IMG/VR virus record: IMGVR_UViG_3300027758_000008
Span: 9,524 to 73,523 of that record
Length of the DNA: 64,000 nt
From: a virus
Reading direction: 5' to 3' (one strand)
Shown: piece after piece, positions 43,198-52,486 of the stretch
Layout of the letters: every line of letters begins with the position of its first letter
How positions within the stretch are numbered: position 1 is the stretch's first letter
The notes under the pieces: generated by a model
Told to the model about the DNA's origin: nothing
What the model saw: only the letters and a program-made list of their open reading frames with translations
Databases searched by the model: none
Program-made: the position numbers and the translations under genes

Positions 43198-43620
43198 TTA
43201 CTTGTGTTTATTTCTCAATGCTTCAAGCACAGCTTGGCTGTTGTCTTTTGGTGACATAGTACCATCGGATGATTTGTGGTCGATTTCCTGCTTGGCTGAA
43301 TGGTGCTTGCTTGCCATGCGCTCAGCAGCCCACTTGTAAGCATCCATCATCACTTTTGCAGCTTGCGGCTCAATCATGCCGCCTTCAATCATTTCAGCGA
43401 TATCAATCATACGGTCAGCGTGAGCAAAACCAGCAGCTTCTCTCGCACTTGCGTATTGTGCCCAAAACTCAGGCTTTCCAACTATCCAGCGGCACACAGT
43501 AGACGTAGACGGCTTTGATTCTATACGGCAGTACTCGCGCAATGATTTACCGCCAGCGATATGCTCACATATCTCTTTCGCTATTTCATCTGAGTAAATT
43601 GTAGGTCTGCCACCGGCCAT
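43198..43620 (-). CDS. terS: Terminase small subunit, Sf6 gp1-like
   Basis: GRPTIYS...ICEHIAGGKSL...STVCRWI...KWAAERM. Confidence 0.88.
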   Translation of the reverse strand: MAGGRPTIYSDEIAKEICEHIAGGKSLREYCRIESKPSTSTVCRWIVGKPEFWAQYASAREAAGFAHADRMIDIAEMIEGGMIEPQAAKVMMDAYKWAAERMASKHHSAKQEIDHKSSDGTMSPKDNSQAVLEALRNKHK

Positions 43621-43670
43621 ATAATCAACACCGTTAATTAGTCAGCCTTAAATATACCACATGATAGGAT

Positions 43671-43697
43671 AAAAAAAAGCCCTGCGGATAACAGGGC
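43671..43697 (-). terminator. Intrinsic terminator upstream of terS (copy B)
   Basis: Same as 4743..4769. Confidence 0.8.
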
Positions 43698-43760
43698 AAC
43701 TGGAGGGGAAGAAACAAAATGATTTACTCACTAACACCATAGCGGGTTAGTTGTGTGGTG

Positions 43761-43940
43761 TCAATCATTAACCACTAACGGCTGATAACTAACACCTACC
43801 GGCAACTGCATAAAGTCCAGTTCATATTCGCTATACATCCATTGTTGAAATGCGTGCTCGGCTTCTTGGAGATTGCGTGCGTCGTATATGTCGCACGAGT
43901 ACTCCTTGCCGCTGATTGTTGTAGATGCGCGGTAGTTCAC
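43761..43940 (-). CDS. Hypothetical protein (homolog of 4833..5012)
   Basis: GTG start at 43940. Confidence 0.7.
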   Translation of the reverse strand: MNYRASTTISGKEYSCDIYDARNLQEAEHAFQQWMYSEYELDFMQLPVGVSYQPLVVND

Positions 43941-44108
43941 GACAACAACCCCCCAACCCAGCATAAACAGCCACACAGCCCACCCGAAACACGTCGCCGC
44001 AACATTACCTTTCGTCTGCTCGATATACTCACCCTATGCAAGCTCAAGCGATGCCCAGGCTATACCGGCGAATGTGACTACCATGTATGTGTAATAGAAT
44101 TCGTTCAT
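43937..44108 (-). pseudogene. Disrupted homolog of 5854..6024
   Basis: TAG in place of TGG at 44034..44036, and G6 versus G5 at ~43949..43954. Confidence 0.75.
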
Positions 44109-44293
44109 TTCCTCGCCCTCCAACTCTTCTTAGCTTTATGTATCGCTGTAAACGCTTCGATATTGTCGTTTACCACACGATACGCGTATTGTGGGTGACA
44201 GCCTACCGCATTCGATAATGACAGCACCGTGCGATGTTTACCCGTTTTCGCCTCTGCGATGATTGCAGGGGCTATTGTGCCGTATCGTTTCAT
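44105..44293 (-). CDS. Small putative HTH protein (homolog of 6661..6849)
   Basis: One amino-acid difference. Confidence 0.65.
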   Translation of the reverse strand: MKRYGTIAPAIIAEAKTGKHRTVLSLSNAVGCHPQYAYRVVNDNIEAFTAIHKAKKSWRARK

Positions 44294-44605
44294 TCCTCTT
44301 CCTCACAGTCCAGTATCTCTGCGTCGTACCAATAACTGTCAACGTACTGTGCTTCCGCATGTGCCATTGCTTTTGCGTCATCCGCATTATCAGCCTCAAC
44401 CCACAATTCATCTTCCATCATCATTTGTGTTTTTACTAAATATTTCACACCCTACCCCCATTCTCTGCGTATTTGCGCATAAGTTCCGGATGATTGAAAA
44501 TCTCAAATGCTACCTTGTGCGTTTTCAATCCCGTTACCTGCGCGATTTTAATGTAGCTACGTGCGCCGTCTTGTAGTGCGGCGCTCACTTTGCGGTAGTG
44601 TTTGT

Positions 44606-44992
44606 TCATAGAAAGTCTGACCAATCATAACCAACCGGCATTTCTTCAGACGTAACGATATGATTATAAATCTCGTCTTTCGCCAACTTGTCGAATAGCT
44701 CTTGATTCAACTGCCCGATATCAGTGCCAGCCATTGATATTGCAATCAGCCTGCGCATTTCTTCCGACTCGCACATAGAGCCAATAACGGTTCCTCGTGA
44801 CACGATGTGAGTGTTATTGCAGTATCTCCACTCCATCGATTTACCATCTGCAACGCGCTCTGCCAGCCTCTCGGCGATATACCATAGGTTATCATTGCTG
44901 ATACTGTCATAAGTCAGTAGCGTTGCTTCTGGCTCGTCTGGTAACTGTCTGTCGTATGCGGTTTGCAAGTTTGTGAATTTTAAGCCGGTCAT
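44606..44992 (-). CDS. Hypothetical protein (homolog of 7162..7566)
   Basis: Shared QTAYDRQLPD and EEMPVGYDWSDF. Confidence 0.7.
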   Translation of the reverse strand: MTGLKFTNLQTAYDRQLPDEPEATLLTYDSISNDNLWYIAERLAERVADGKSMEWRYCNNTHIVSRGTVIGSMCESEEMRRLIAISMAGTDIGQLNQELFDKLAKDEIYNHIVTSEEMPVGYDWSDFL

Positions 44993-44994
44993 AA

Positions 44995-45330
44995 TTAAAG
45001 CCACCTCTTTTCGCCGTTGGTGAAGTGAATGCAAACTTCCTTCCCTTCCTTCATCCAGCGCATAAAATTAAATTCATCTTCCAGCAAATCTGTGCCGGAG
45101 TACATTGGCGACTCTGTAGCATCGCTATCATCGCATTCGTACCACCTTTCGCCACAGCATGGACAATAGCCACTTTTTCCGCCTTCAAAATCCCCAACAA
45201 GGAATAGCAACTTTTCATTAGCTTCATGCGACGAGTTAGCCTCAATAATAACGTGACGAGTAATGCCGTCATCCTCGTCAAAATCAAAGTGACCGCCGCT
45301 GTTGTTTTGCGTAAAAGTATAAAACGCCAT
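44995..45330 (-). CDS. Conserved phage hypothetical protein
   Basis: FTQNNSGG...CPCCGERW motif. Confidence 0.75.
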   Translation of the reverse strand: MAFYTFTQNNSGGHFDFDEDDGITRHVIIEANSSHEANEKLLFLVGDFEGGKSGYCPCCGERWYECDDSDATESPMYSGTDLLEDEFNFMRWMKEGKEVCIHFTNGEKRWL

Positions 45331-45356
45331 TTTCATCCCCTCCATTAGTTTCACCC

Positions 45357-45392
45357 ATTATAACGGGTTAATTTTGTTTTGTGGTTTGACCA
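45357..45392 (-). promoter_or_regulatory. FadR-like box (45382..45392) - 19 nt - TATAAT
   Basis: Identical to 7569..7604. Confidence 0.75.
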
Positions 45393-45393
45393 G

Positions 45394-45585
45394 TTAGTCG
45401 TCGCACCAAGCCTCGACATCTTCCCATTCGCCGTCTTGAATATCCCCTTTACTCATTATGTTGCCAACAATATCTGTACCAAAGTCTTCTAGGTCATTTT
45501 GAAACTCGTCGAATTCCTCCTCTGTCATATCTACCACTTTTGAGTACCTGATTATTTCTGTCGCCGTAATTCTTACTTTCATCAC
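45394..45585 (-). CDS. Small very acidic protein
   Basis: D/E-rich ORF. Confidence 0.6.
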   Translation of the reverse strand: MMKVRITATEIIRYSKVVDMTEEEFDEFQNDLEDFGTDIVGNIMSKGDIQDGEWEDVEAWCDD

Positions 45586-46133
45586 TTCACCTCGTAGTTT
45601 TCAAGAATGTAAAATGGCGATGCATCTTCGCTAACAGCCTTATTCCAAGCCTCAGCCTTGCTGATGGATGGTTTGCGTTTCTTCCATGTTGCGCTTGAGC
45701 CAGACTTGCTTACACGCTCCCACTCAAAACCGTTGGCATCGGTTATAATGTACGGCAAACCCTCGCTGACATCTTCGTGCGGGTCTTTTTCACCCTTCCT
45801 CCGCTCTACCTCTGCTTCGAATTCTTCGCGGGTGCAGACCGTATCACTTACTTTAACTCTGGTTAGCGCAAAATTATAACCAGTCCAAGATACGTATTTA
45901 CAATCTTCTGCTCGACTTGGCCATTCGAATTTAAAAGCTTCAACCGCATCGCTCACCGTTTTGCGTGGTTGTGTGGCAGCGTTATAGCCAGTCGATTTTT
46001 CGTTAACCGATACTGGCTGAATTCTGGATTCTATGTAATTAATCCAGTCATAAATTTTTTCTGCATCACCGTGATTCAATTTAATTTCTGGAAAAGTATC
46101 TAGCATTTCGATTAACTCAGTTGGTCTTTTCAT
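45582..46133 (-). CDS. Hypothetical mosaic protein
   Basis: Shares several blocks with 7806..8335. Confidence 0.7.
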   Translation of the reverse strand: MKRPTELIEMLDTFPEIKLNHGDAEKIYDWINYIESRIQPVSVNEKSTGYNAATQPRKTVSDAVEAFKFEWPSRAEDCKYVSWTGYNFALTRVKVSDTVCTREEFEAEVERRKGEKDPHEDVSEGLPYIITDANGFEWERVSKSGSSATWKKRKPSISKAEAWNKAVSEDASPFYILENYEVK

Positions 46134-46486
46134 TTCCCTTCCTCCAATTTCTCTAACCGAACAGCTAAAACCTGCTCGCCGTTTACAGGCAACCGCCCTT
46201 TTGACTTAATCCATACCTGGCCGTCTTTGTCGATTAATGCGCCTGCTTTAATCCAGCGGCGTAGTTGCGTGTCAGCTATACCAGTTTCTTTTACTGCGCG
46301 GTATACGCTGCCGTAGGTTTGTTTGATGTGTTGTGATAGTGGTGCAAGTGAGCAACCTCTAACTCTTGTCAACTCATAGTCAACCTCCACTATCACCTCA
46401 TCTTCAATTAACGGGCAAGGTCCATTTAACGCAGCCTCAGCGCAGGCAACCATTAATGCCCAATCTTTTAAACATTGATCATTCAT
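46130..46486 (-). CDS. Chimeric HTH-like protein
   Basis: Middle matches 9044..9259; end matches 8517..8660. Confidence 0.65.
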   Translation of the reverse strand: MNDQCLKDWALMVACAEAALNGPCPLIEDEVIVEVDYELTRVRGCSLAPLSQHIKQTYGSVYRAVKETGIADTQLRRWIKAGALIDKDGQVWIKSKGRLPVNGEQVLAVRLEKLEEGK

Positions 46487-46692
46487 GCTTCATCCACCAC
46501 AAATTGAATATTTGCCCACTGCAATACATATGTGTCTATTTCTTCACCATGGCTGCTGCAGCTAAATCCGCTGCCATCATAAGTGACAACTTCATACCCG
46601 TGTTCAGACCATAGCGGACAATAAGCAAGTATTGTCGAGTACTTCGGGATAGGGTGAACCCCATCGTTTTTGTGCCATTGTATTTTGTACAT
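46483..46692 (-). CDS. Hypothetical protein
   Basis: ORF; DUF551-like pattern (weak). Confidence 0.55.
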   Translation of the reverse strand: MYKIQWHKNDGVHPIPKYSTILAYCPLWSEHGYEVVTYDGSGFSCSSHGEEIDTYVLQWANIQFVVDEA

Positions 46693-46708
46693 AAAATAAA
46701 ACTGCAGC

Positions 46709-46924
46709 TTATTGGGCTGCAGCCATCCAATCCTGGGTTAGGTTTAAATTTTCAACTGAAACATCGTTAAAGGTTCTAAAACATTTTCCAGCAACGTACC
46801 AGCGTAACTGAGGGTTGCACTTACGGCCTTTTGCTTTATAGCCAGTCTTTACCACTTTAAAAGCGCGCTTACCTTTAGGCGTTAAATCTGCAGTTGTGTT
46901 GATTACGATAGCTGGCATCTTCAT
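46709..46924 (-). CDS. Hypothetical protein
   Basis: GAGGAG RBS; upstream TATAAT. Confidence 0.65.
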   Translation of the reverse strand: MKMPAIVINTTADLTPKGKRAFKVVKTGYKAKGRKCNPQLRWYVAGKCFRTFNDVSVENLNLTQDWMAAAQ

Positions 46925-46962
46925 TTATTATCTCCTCTAGTTGATGATTCAATTATACCTAC

Positions 46963-47133
46963 TCATTTTTGTTTGTCTACACTTTTTTGTGTTTTATTCT
47001 CTGGCCGTACCACTTCACACTCACACCCCGGAAACCGCTCCTGCAAACTCTGCTCGATGTCGTCGGCATCGGATAGCATGGCGAATTGGTATTGCTTGCC
47101 TTTGTAGGTGAGTTTTATTTGGTAGGGTTTCAC
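46963..47133 (-). CDS. Hypothetical protein (homolog of 10481..10666)
   Basis: Hand-translated from GTG at 47133. Confidence 0.6.
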   Translation of the reverse strand: MKPYQIKLTYKGKQYQFAMLSDADDIEQSLQERFPGCECEVVRPENKTQKSVDKQK

Positions 47134-47381
47134 TCAATACGACCCACATACAGCTTCCCGTCAACAACTTTTGTTTTGAATTTATAGCCAATATCGCTGG
47201 CTATTTTGCTTAGATTCATTCTAAATCTTGATACTGGCCTATCGCCAATATTTACAATTTTTAAATCATCAACTTTCATATCTTCAACTTGCGACTTAAC
47301 AAAGTTTCTGTAATTCATGCTTTCCATTTTTCCAAAAAAATCTGTGGCTTTCATATATAAATCTCTAGTTGTTAAATTCAT
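47130..47381 (-). CDS. Hypothetical protein, possibly DNA-binding
   Basis: Basic ORF next to the putative origin. Confidence 0.55.
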   Translation of the reverse strand: MNLTTRDLYMKATDFFGKMESMNYRNFVKSQVEDMKVDDLKIVNIGDRPVSRFRMNLSKIASDIGYKFKTKVVDGKLYVGRIE

Positions 47382-47384
47382 ATT

Positions 47385-47710
47385 TATTATTTCAAATAAT
47401 ACCTAATCCATCAACAATATTATGAAATAGTAAGAGTTAGTTTTTTAACCACTATCTCTTAACTATAATAAACTCTTTATAATACATATACTTATAACTA
47501 CTATAATAAGACATAGTGACATAGTAGAGATAGTTATAGATATATTTTAGTAGTAGTAAAAGTAGTGTATAAGTGATTTTCTATCTCTTTTAGTAGTGTT
47601 ATTTTTATATGTATCTTAGGAAAATCCACTATCTCTACTATCTCTTCTAAGTCTATGATTTCATTAAACTTTAAGACATAGTGGCTTTCACTATCTCACT
47701 ATCTCTTAAA
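47385..47710. repeat. Putative replication origin B: AT-rich with (A)CTATCTC, GAGATAGT and GACATAGT repeats
   Basis: About ten related 7-8-mers in both orientations downstream of the primase gene. Confidence 0.65.
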
Positions 47711-47722
47711 TGAAAAAAGGCG

Positions 47723-49975
47723 CTAATGCGCCTTAATTCGATATTTCACAGTTTTTCGCCGGTTCCTGTTTTCTGATTCATACTCATAATTTTCTACCAG
47801 TCCTTTTTCGGTTAATGCCTCCAGAACGCTTCTGACCTCCTCTTTTTTGTGCGGCCTGCAGCGGTTAAATATAACACCCTGAGTTTCACCGTCAGCGCTG
47901 TTTTGTAGTATGTCTTGAATTTTTACGGCGATAGAATCGTTTGGCGACTCGTCTTTAGTAATGTTAGAAAGCGCCAGTCGCATTTTACGCTCGCAATCAG
48001 ACTTAGCTAATGCGTAAGCCCATTCTACGTGTTCAAGCGTTCTAACGCCTTCGCTGATAGATAAAACGAAGCTGACCTTTGCGCATAGCTCATAGCCACG
48101 TCTAGGGATAGCTTCCAATCCGCTGTCTTTCGCATCCTCTGCCATTTGCCAGAACTCGTCTATTATTTCATCAAGCCTGTCTGCAGCATCATCCATTGTG
48201 CTAATTGGCTTTTTGTCTGCGTAGTTTTCTATGCGCGTTCCACCCAACACGTCAAACTCGCCTAATGCGAACAGCTGGCTTAATTGCGCTGCCAAGTGCG
48301 CTGGTAGTTCTTTTTGCGTGCGTTTTCGGTTTGGTTTCGGATTGGTCTCAGGTTCGTCAAATATCATTGCGCGTGATAAAAACCCGTTAGTGGCTGTCTC
48401 AAAGTCAATCAGGCTATTAAAGGTGACGGGCGTTGTGTAGCCTATAACAGAAAGAAACGGAGCCTCGATGCCGCTTGAAATATTATTAAGTGCGCGTTGT
48501 ATCTGTGGAACCCTCCTGGCGCATACGCCGCTTGAATCCTCATTTTCTTCTATGCGCTTTTCACATGATGACAATTCATTTTGTAGCTCTACGCGTAACG
48601 CCTCCTTTACGTCTCCACTAACGGGAAGGAATGAATCTGCTTTGCTGTAGCCACTCATAATTAAGCCGATAACACCCTCAAGGTATGACGCGTTGCGGCT
48701 GTTCATTATCTTACGCAGTACCAGTCCCATCTCGTCGATGCTATAGAAAGCGGCCTGGTGTCGAGTAAGGTTTCTTACTATTTCTTGTTCCGACTTAATG
48801 GCGCCATGCATCGCATCAATTAAACCTGCTGCGCGTAAACAGTCAGCGAAGCATTGCTGTATATGCTCTTTGCCAGTGGAGGAGCCAGCAACGCAGAAGC
48901 TAATAAGATTTGCGGTCATACCGTCGCGCTCGTCGATGTATTTTAGGCCAGCTATATTGCCAACCGCCTGAAGCGCTGCAGCAACTGCCAGGTTTTCGCG
49001 CTTGTAACGTGAGCTATCGTTTATCCATTTTGCAATCTCTCCCACAAGACCAGGCGGGCGCTTCAAGTCAACCATTGGATTAGAACCGGTTGGCTGCTCG
49101 TCGTATTCAAAGGTCACTGGCTGTTTGTATCCGCCCTCTTCTGCGTAATGAATAAGCGTGCCCATTTGAACTGGGTTACTGCATTTACCAAAGCTGTGCC
49201 AGTGGCGCTGTATGACATCAAAGCCAGGGTACTTTTCGCCTCGACTGCTCCATGTATCGAATATGTCGATACCATCACCGTTAAATGTGTGATGGATAGC
49301 CATGCCGCATCGTATCCAGGTATCGTAGTCAGTGTCTGGTGAAATGTAAGACAGGATATCCGAACACTGTTGCTGTGTCATATCAATAACGCCACGGGGG
49401 GTGTGGGCGCGATATGTGTCTGGTTTCTTTAGTAGCTGCAGCAAACCGGCAGGAGGATCTGAAATGTCTGACGCGCTACCATGCAGGACTTCATACTCCA
49501 TGCCGCTTTTATGTAACGAAGATGGACCAACTACATACCCGCTACTTTTAAAATCAATACCTCTGTATTTCTCATGATGCTGCTTTAGTGCGGCGCCACT
49601 GCCATTTTTAAAGTAAAGGTGCATGGAGCCATTCCCGCTACCTGTAGCAACTACTAGTCCGGATTCACTTAACAAGTCGCAGTCAAGGTCGTGACAAAGC
49701 TTCACAAACGAGTCCACACCGCCATTCCTTGCATCAACATCTATTACTAGTAAACCAGATACCAGAACACCGTAACCGGTAGAAAAGTGGCCCATTTCCT
49801 CCATGGTTTCTAATTGCTCGTCTGACCAATCTGGGGTGTGCTGCCAATTGCTATTGCATGGGTGCTTTCCTATAGCCTCACATTCTTGGTCTCCACAAGC
49901 GCACTTGCCATTAATAATTTGGTGCAAGCCAAATACCTTGTAGCCTTCTTCCACGAAGTCGTAATGATTAGCCAT
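47723..49975 (-). CDS. Primase-polymerase with PriCT_2 and helicase-like domains
   Basis: CACG...GKHP, LVIDVDARNGG, GMAIH...WS...GEKY, GSSTGKE, SIDEMG. Confidence 0.85.
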   Translation of the reverse strand: MANHYDFVEEGYKVFGLHQIINGKCACGDQECEAIGKHPCNSNWQHTPDWSDEQLETMEEMGHFSTGYGVLVSGLLVIDVDARNGGVDSFVKLCHDLDCDLLSESGLVVATGSGNGSMHLYFKNGSGAALKQHHEKYRGIDFKSSGYVVGPSSLHKSGMEYEVLHGSASDISDPPAGLLQLLKKPDTYRAHTPRGVIDMTQQQCSDILSYISPDTDYDTWIRCGMAIHHTFNGDGIDIFDTWSSRGEKYPGFDVIQRHWHSFGKCSNPVQMGTLIHYAEEGGYKQPVTFEYDEQPTGSNPMVDLKRPPGLVGEIAKWINDSSRYKRENLAVAAALQAVGNIAGLKYIDERDGMTANLISFCVAGSSTGKEHIQQCFADCLRAAGLIDAMHGAIKSEQEIVRNLTRHQAAFYSIDEMGLVLRKIMNSRNASYLEGVIGLIMSGYSKADSFLPVSGDVKEALRVELQNELSSCEKRIEENEDSSGVCARRVPQIQRALNNISSGIEAPFLSVIGYTTPVTFNSLIDFETATNGFLSRAMIFDEPETNPKPNRKRTQKELPAHLAAQLSQLFALGEFDVLGGTRIENYADKKPISTMDDAADRLDEIIDEFWQMAEDAKDSGLEAIPRRGYELCAKVSFVLSISEGVRTLEHVEWAYALAKSDCERKMRLALSNITKDESPNDSIAVKIQDILQNSADGETQGVIFNRCRPHKKEEVRSVLEALTEKGLVENYEYESENRNRRKTVKYRIKAH

Positions 49976-49976
49976 G

Positions 49977-50216
49977 TTATTGCTCCACCCAAGTTAACAC
50001 GTCTGGCCGCAACTCCTCTTTTTTGAAGTAGCCTTTTGTCAGCCTTTCAACTTCTATAGCCATGGTCGCTGGTATCCTCCCTCTTTTTTCCCAATACTGC
50101 ACAGCTTGTCTTGTTACGTTAAGCTGCTCAGCAAGCCTGGCCTTACTTCCTACCCATTCTATGAGCCGGTTAAGCTCAACCCTTTGCTGTATCTCTATAT
50201 GTTTAGCTGATTTCAT
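49977..50216 (-). CDS. Cro/YdaS-like HTH regulator
   Basis: GSKARLAEQLNVTRQAVQYW...ELRPD. Confidence 0.8.
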   Translation of the reverse strand: MKSAKHIEIQQRVELNRLIEWVGSKARLAEQLNVTRQAVQYWEKRGRIPATMAIEVERLTKGYFKKEELRPDVLTWVEQ

Positions 50217-50255
50217 ATTTTTACCTGATGTTTTACATTTTATTTTACAAAGTGT

Positions 50256-50285
50256 TTGACAAGCATAATTCAATAGTTCTATGAT
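50256..50285 (+). promoter_or_regulatory. Sigma70 promoter TTGACA-18-TATGAT
   Basis: Followed by TACAACC, as at 15976..16011. Confidence 0.7.
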
Positions 50286-50318
50286 TACAACCGTTGAAGA
50301 GAGAAAGAGGAGGATATT

Positions 50319-51083
50319 ATGTCTTTACTATCAACAGTGTCTAAACCAAAAAACCGGCCTGTCATAGCCACTTTTCTAGGTGACTCGGGCCTTGGCAAAA
50401 CATCAACCGCCGCAACATTCCCAAAGCCAATTGTTATTCGTGCTGAGGATGGACTGCAGGCAATCCCAGAAGCGCATCGCCCTGATGCATTCCCAACATT
50501 AACCAAAGTCGACGACTTATGGGAGCAATTGACAGCGCTAGTTAAAGAGGAGCACAACTATAAAACATTGGTTGTTGATTCTGTTACTGCGTTAGAGCGT
50601 TTATTTATTCAGCATGTCATTGAAAGTGACCCAAAACAGCCTCGATCAATCAACCAGGCATTAGGCGGATACGGTGCGGGGCTTGCAGCAGTGGCAGCCA
50701 TGCATCAGCGTGTGCGAAAAGCGTGTGGTGTCCTAAATGAGCGCAAAGGTATGCATGTTGTATTTATCGGCCATGCCGACACAGAAACGATTGAGCTGCC
50801 AGACCAGGACGCTTACACGCGGTATAGCTTGCGCCTTGGTAAGAAGTCAGTAGCGCCTTATGTTGATGATTCTGACATTGTAGGCTTCATTAAGCTAACC
50901 ACATTCACTACAGGCGATGGTGAGCGCAAAAAGGCAATTTCTGACGGAAGCCGTCAGCTTGTTTGTTATGCGACTGCCGCAAACGTATCAAAAAACCGCT
51001 TTGGCATTACGGATGATATTCCTGTTGAGCTAGGCAAAAACCCATTAGTTAACTTTGTTCCATCATTAAAAGAAGGTAAATAA
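50319..51083 (+). CDS. Sak4-like AAA ATPase recombinase
   Basis: GDSGLGKT, TLVVDSVT, FIGH, KNRF. Confidence 0.8.
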   Translation: MSLLSTVSKPKNRPVIATFLGDSGLGKTSTAATFPKPIVIRAEDGLQAIPEAHRPDAFPTLTKVDDLWEQLTALVKEEHNYKTLVVDSVTALERLFIQHVIESDPKQPRSINQALGGYGAGLAAVAAMHQRVRKACGVLNERKGMHVVFIGHADTETIELPDQDAYTRYSLRLGKKSVAPYVDDSDIVGFIKLTTFTTGDGERKKAISDGSRQLVCYATAANVSKNRFGITDDIPVELGKNPLVNFVPSLKEGK

Positions 51084-51085
51084 TT

Positions 51086-51607
51086 ATGTCATTTTGGAAT
51101 CTATCAGATAACAGCGAAAACCTGCAAAACAACAACGGAACATTCGACGCTGGCGGCGGCGAAATGGAGCCAATCCCAAAAGACACGCAAGTAAAGGCGG
51201 CGTGTGAAGAAGCTAAGTGGGATTCATACGAAGGTGATGAATACATCAATCTTAAATGGACGGTCCTGGCGCCAGCGGAATATAAAAACCGCAAAATCTT
51301 TCAGAAAGTGCGCGTTATGGATTCTGACACCAAAAAAGCGGACAAGGCAAAGCGTATGCTTGCTGCGATTGCCGCCAATGCTGGTGGCGGGTTATTGAAA
51401 GTTGAAGGCAAGCCGACCGATATGGACCTGCAAAAGAACCTAGCAATGAAGCCCATGGCGCTAACACTGCAGGTGTGGGAGATTGAAAAATCAGACGGCA
51501 CGGGCAAGGCAAGTGGAAATTGGGTGCAGCAAGTGGCGCCATTAAAAACGCAAGCGCCAGTTGAAGAGGCGCAGAAAGGTAGCGTAGACCCAGATTTGGG
51601 CTGGTAA
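51086..51607 (+). CDS. DUF669-like ssDNA-binding protein
   Basis: EPIP...YINLKW...YKNRKIF; acidic tail; follows Sak4. Confidence 0.7.
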   Translation: MSFWNLSDNSENLQNNNGTFDAGGGEMEPIPKDTQVKAACEEAKWDSYEGDEYINLKWTVLAPAEYKNRKIFQKVRVMDSDTKKADKAKRMLAAIAANAGGGLLKVEGKPTDMDLQKNLAMKPMALTLQVWEIEKSDGTGKASGNWVQQVAPLKTQAPVEEAQKGSVDPDLGW

Positions 51608-51645
51608 TTTTAATGGGCGGTTCGCCGCCCTATATAGGAGGATTT

Positions 51646-52485
51646 ATGGAGCAACGTACAAACGAATGGTTTCAGGCTCGTAAAGGCCGCATTACTGGAA
51701 GCGTAGTAGGTGCTATTTTAGGGTTGGCGCCTTATATGACGCGTGATGATGTTATGCGTCAAATGGTGCGTGAATACCACAATCAGGAGCGTGAGTTTAA
51801 AGGCAATGCCGCGACGCAGTGGGGCACGGCAATGGAGGAAACGGCAAAGGCTGATTTTGAAATAACGTGCGGGCACGATGTAGAAGATGCGCCGTTTGTC
51901 CAGTGGGATGAAGATTGGCTTGGCGCATCACCGGATGGCTACGTTGGTGACAATGAGTTGCTAGAAATAAAATGCCCGTATGGTTTACGCAATCAATATC
52001 CGACCATCTTTAAGAGCATTGATGAGCAGCCGCATTACTATGCTCAAATTCAAATTCAACTGCTTGTTACGGATCGCATAGGGTGTTATTTCTGGCAATG
52101 GTCACCGCACGGAAATCAATCTGAATACGTTCCGTTTGATCCGCTATGGATTGATGAAAACCTTCCAAGGTTGCGCGAGTTTTACGCGGAATACTTAAAC
52201 GAGCGCGAGCACAACGCGTGGAAATACATTACAGGCGGCGAAGTAGCAAAGCGCTACCAATTGGCAAAGGCTGCGCTTGAAGTGGCTAAAGTCGAAATGG
52301 AAGAAGCAAAAGAAGCACTGATAGCTGCCACCAATAACGAAGGTGGGAAGATTGGCGACTTAACTATTACGCGAGTAAAGAAGAAAGGTGCCGTATCTTA
52401 TCAGAAGGCACTTAAAGAGTTGGCGCCAGATGCTGACCTAGAAGTTTATCGTGGTAAAGATAGCGAGTATTGGAGGATTAGTTAA
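51646..52485 (+). CDS. YqaJ / lambda-exonuclease family protein
   Basis: QRTNEW...R.GRITGS, GASPDG, EIKCP, YYAQIQ. Confidence 0.9.
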   Translation: MEQRTNEWFQARKGRITGSVVGAILGLAPYMTRDDVMRQMVREYHNQEREFKGNAATQWGTAMEETAKADFEITCGHDVEDAPFVQWDEDWLGASPDGYVGDNELLEIKCPYGLRNQYPTIFKSIDEQPHYYAQIQIQLLVTDRIGCYFWQWSPHGNQSEYVPFDPLWIDENLPRLREFYAEYLNEREHNAWKYITGGEVAKRYQLAKAALEVAKVEMEEAKEALIAATNNEGGKIGDLTITRVKKKGAVSYQKALKELAPDADLEVYRGKDSEYWRIS

Positions 52486-52486
52486 T

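Noticed and set aside
33133-44036. Amber recoding (alternative genetic code)
   Set aside because: Only two in-frame TAGs; long genes are intact under code 11, several end in TAG, and no suppressor tRNA was seen.
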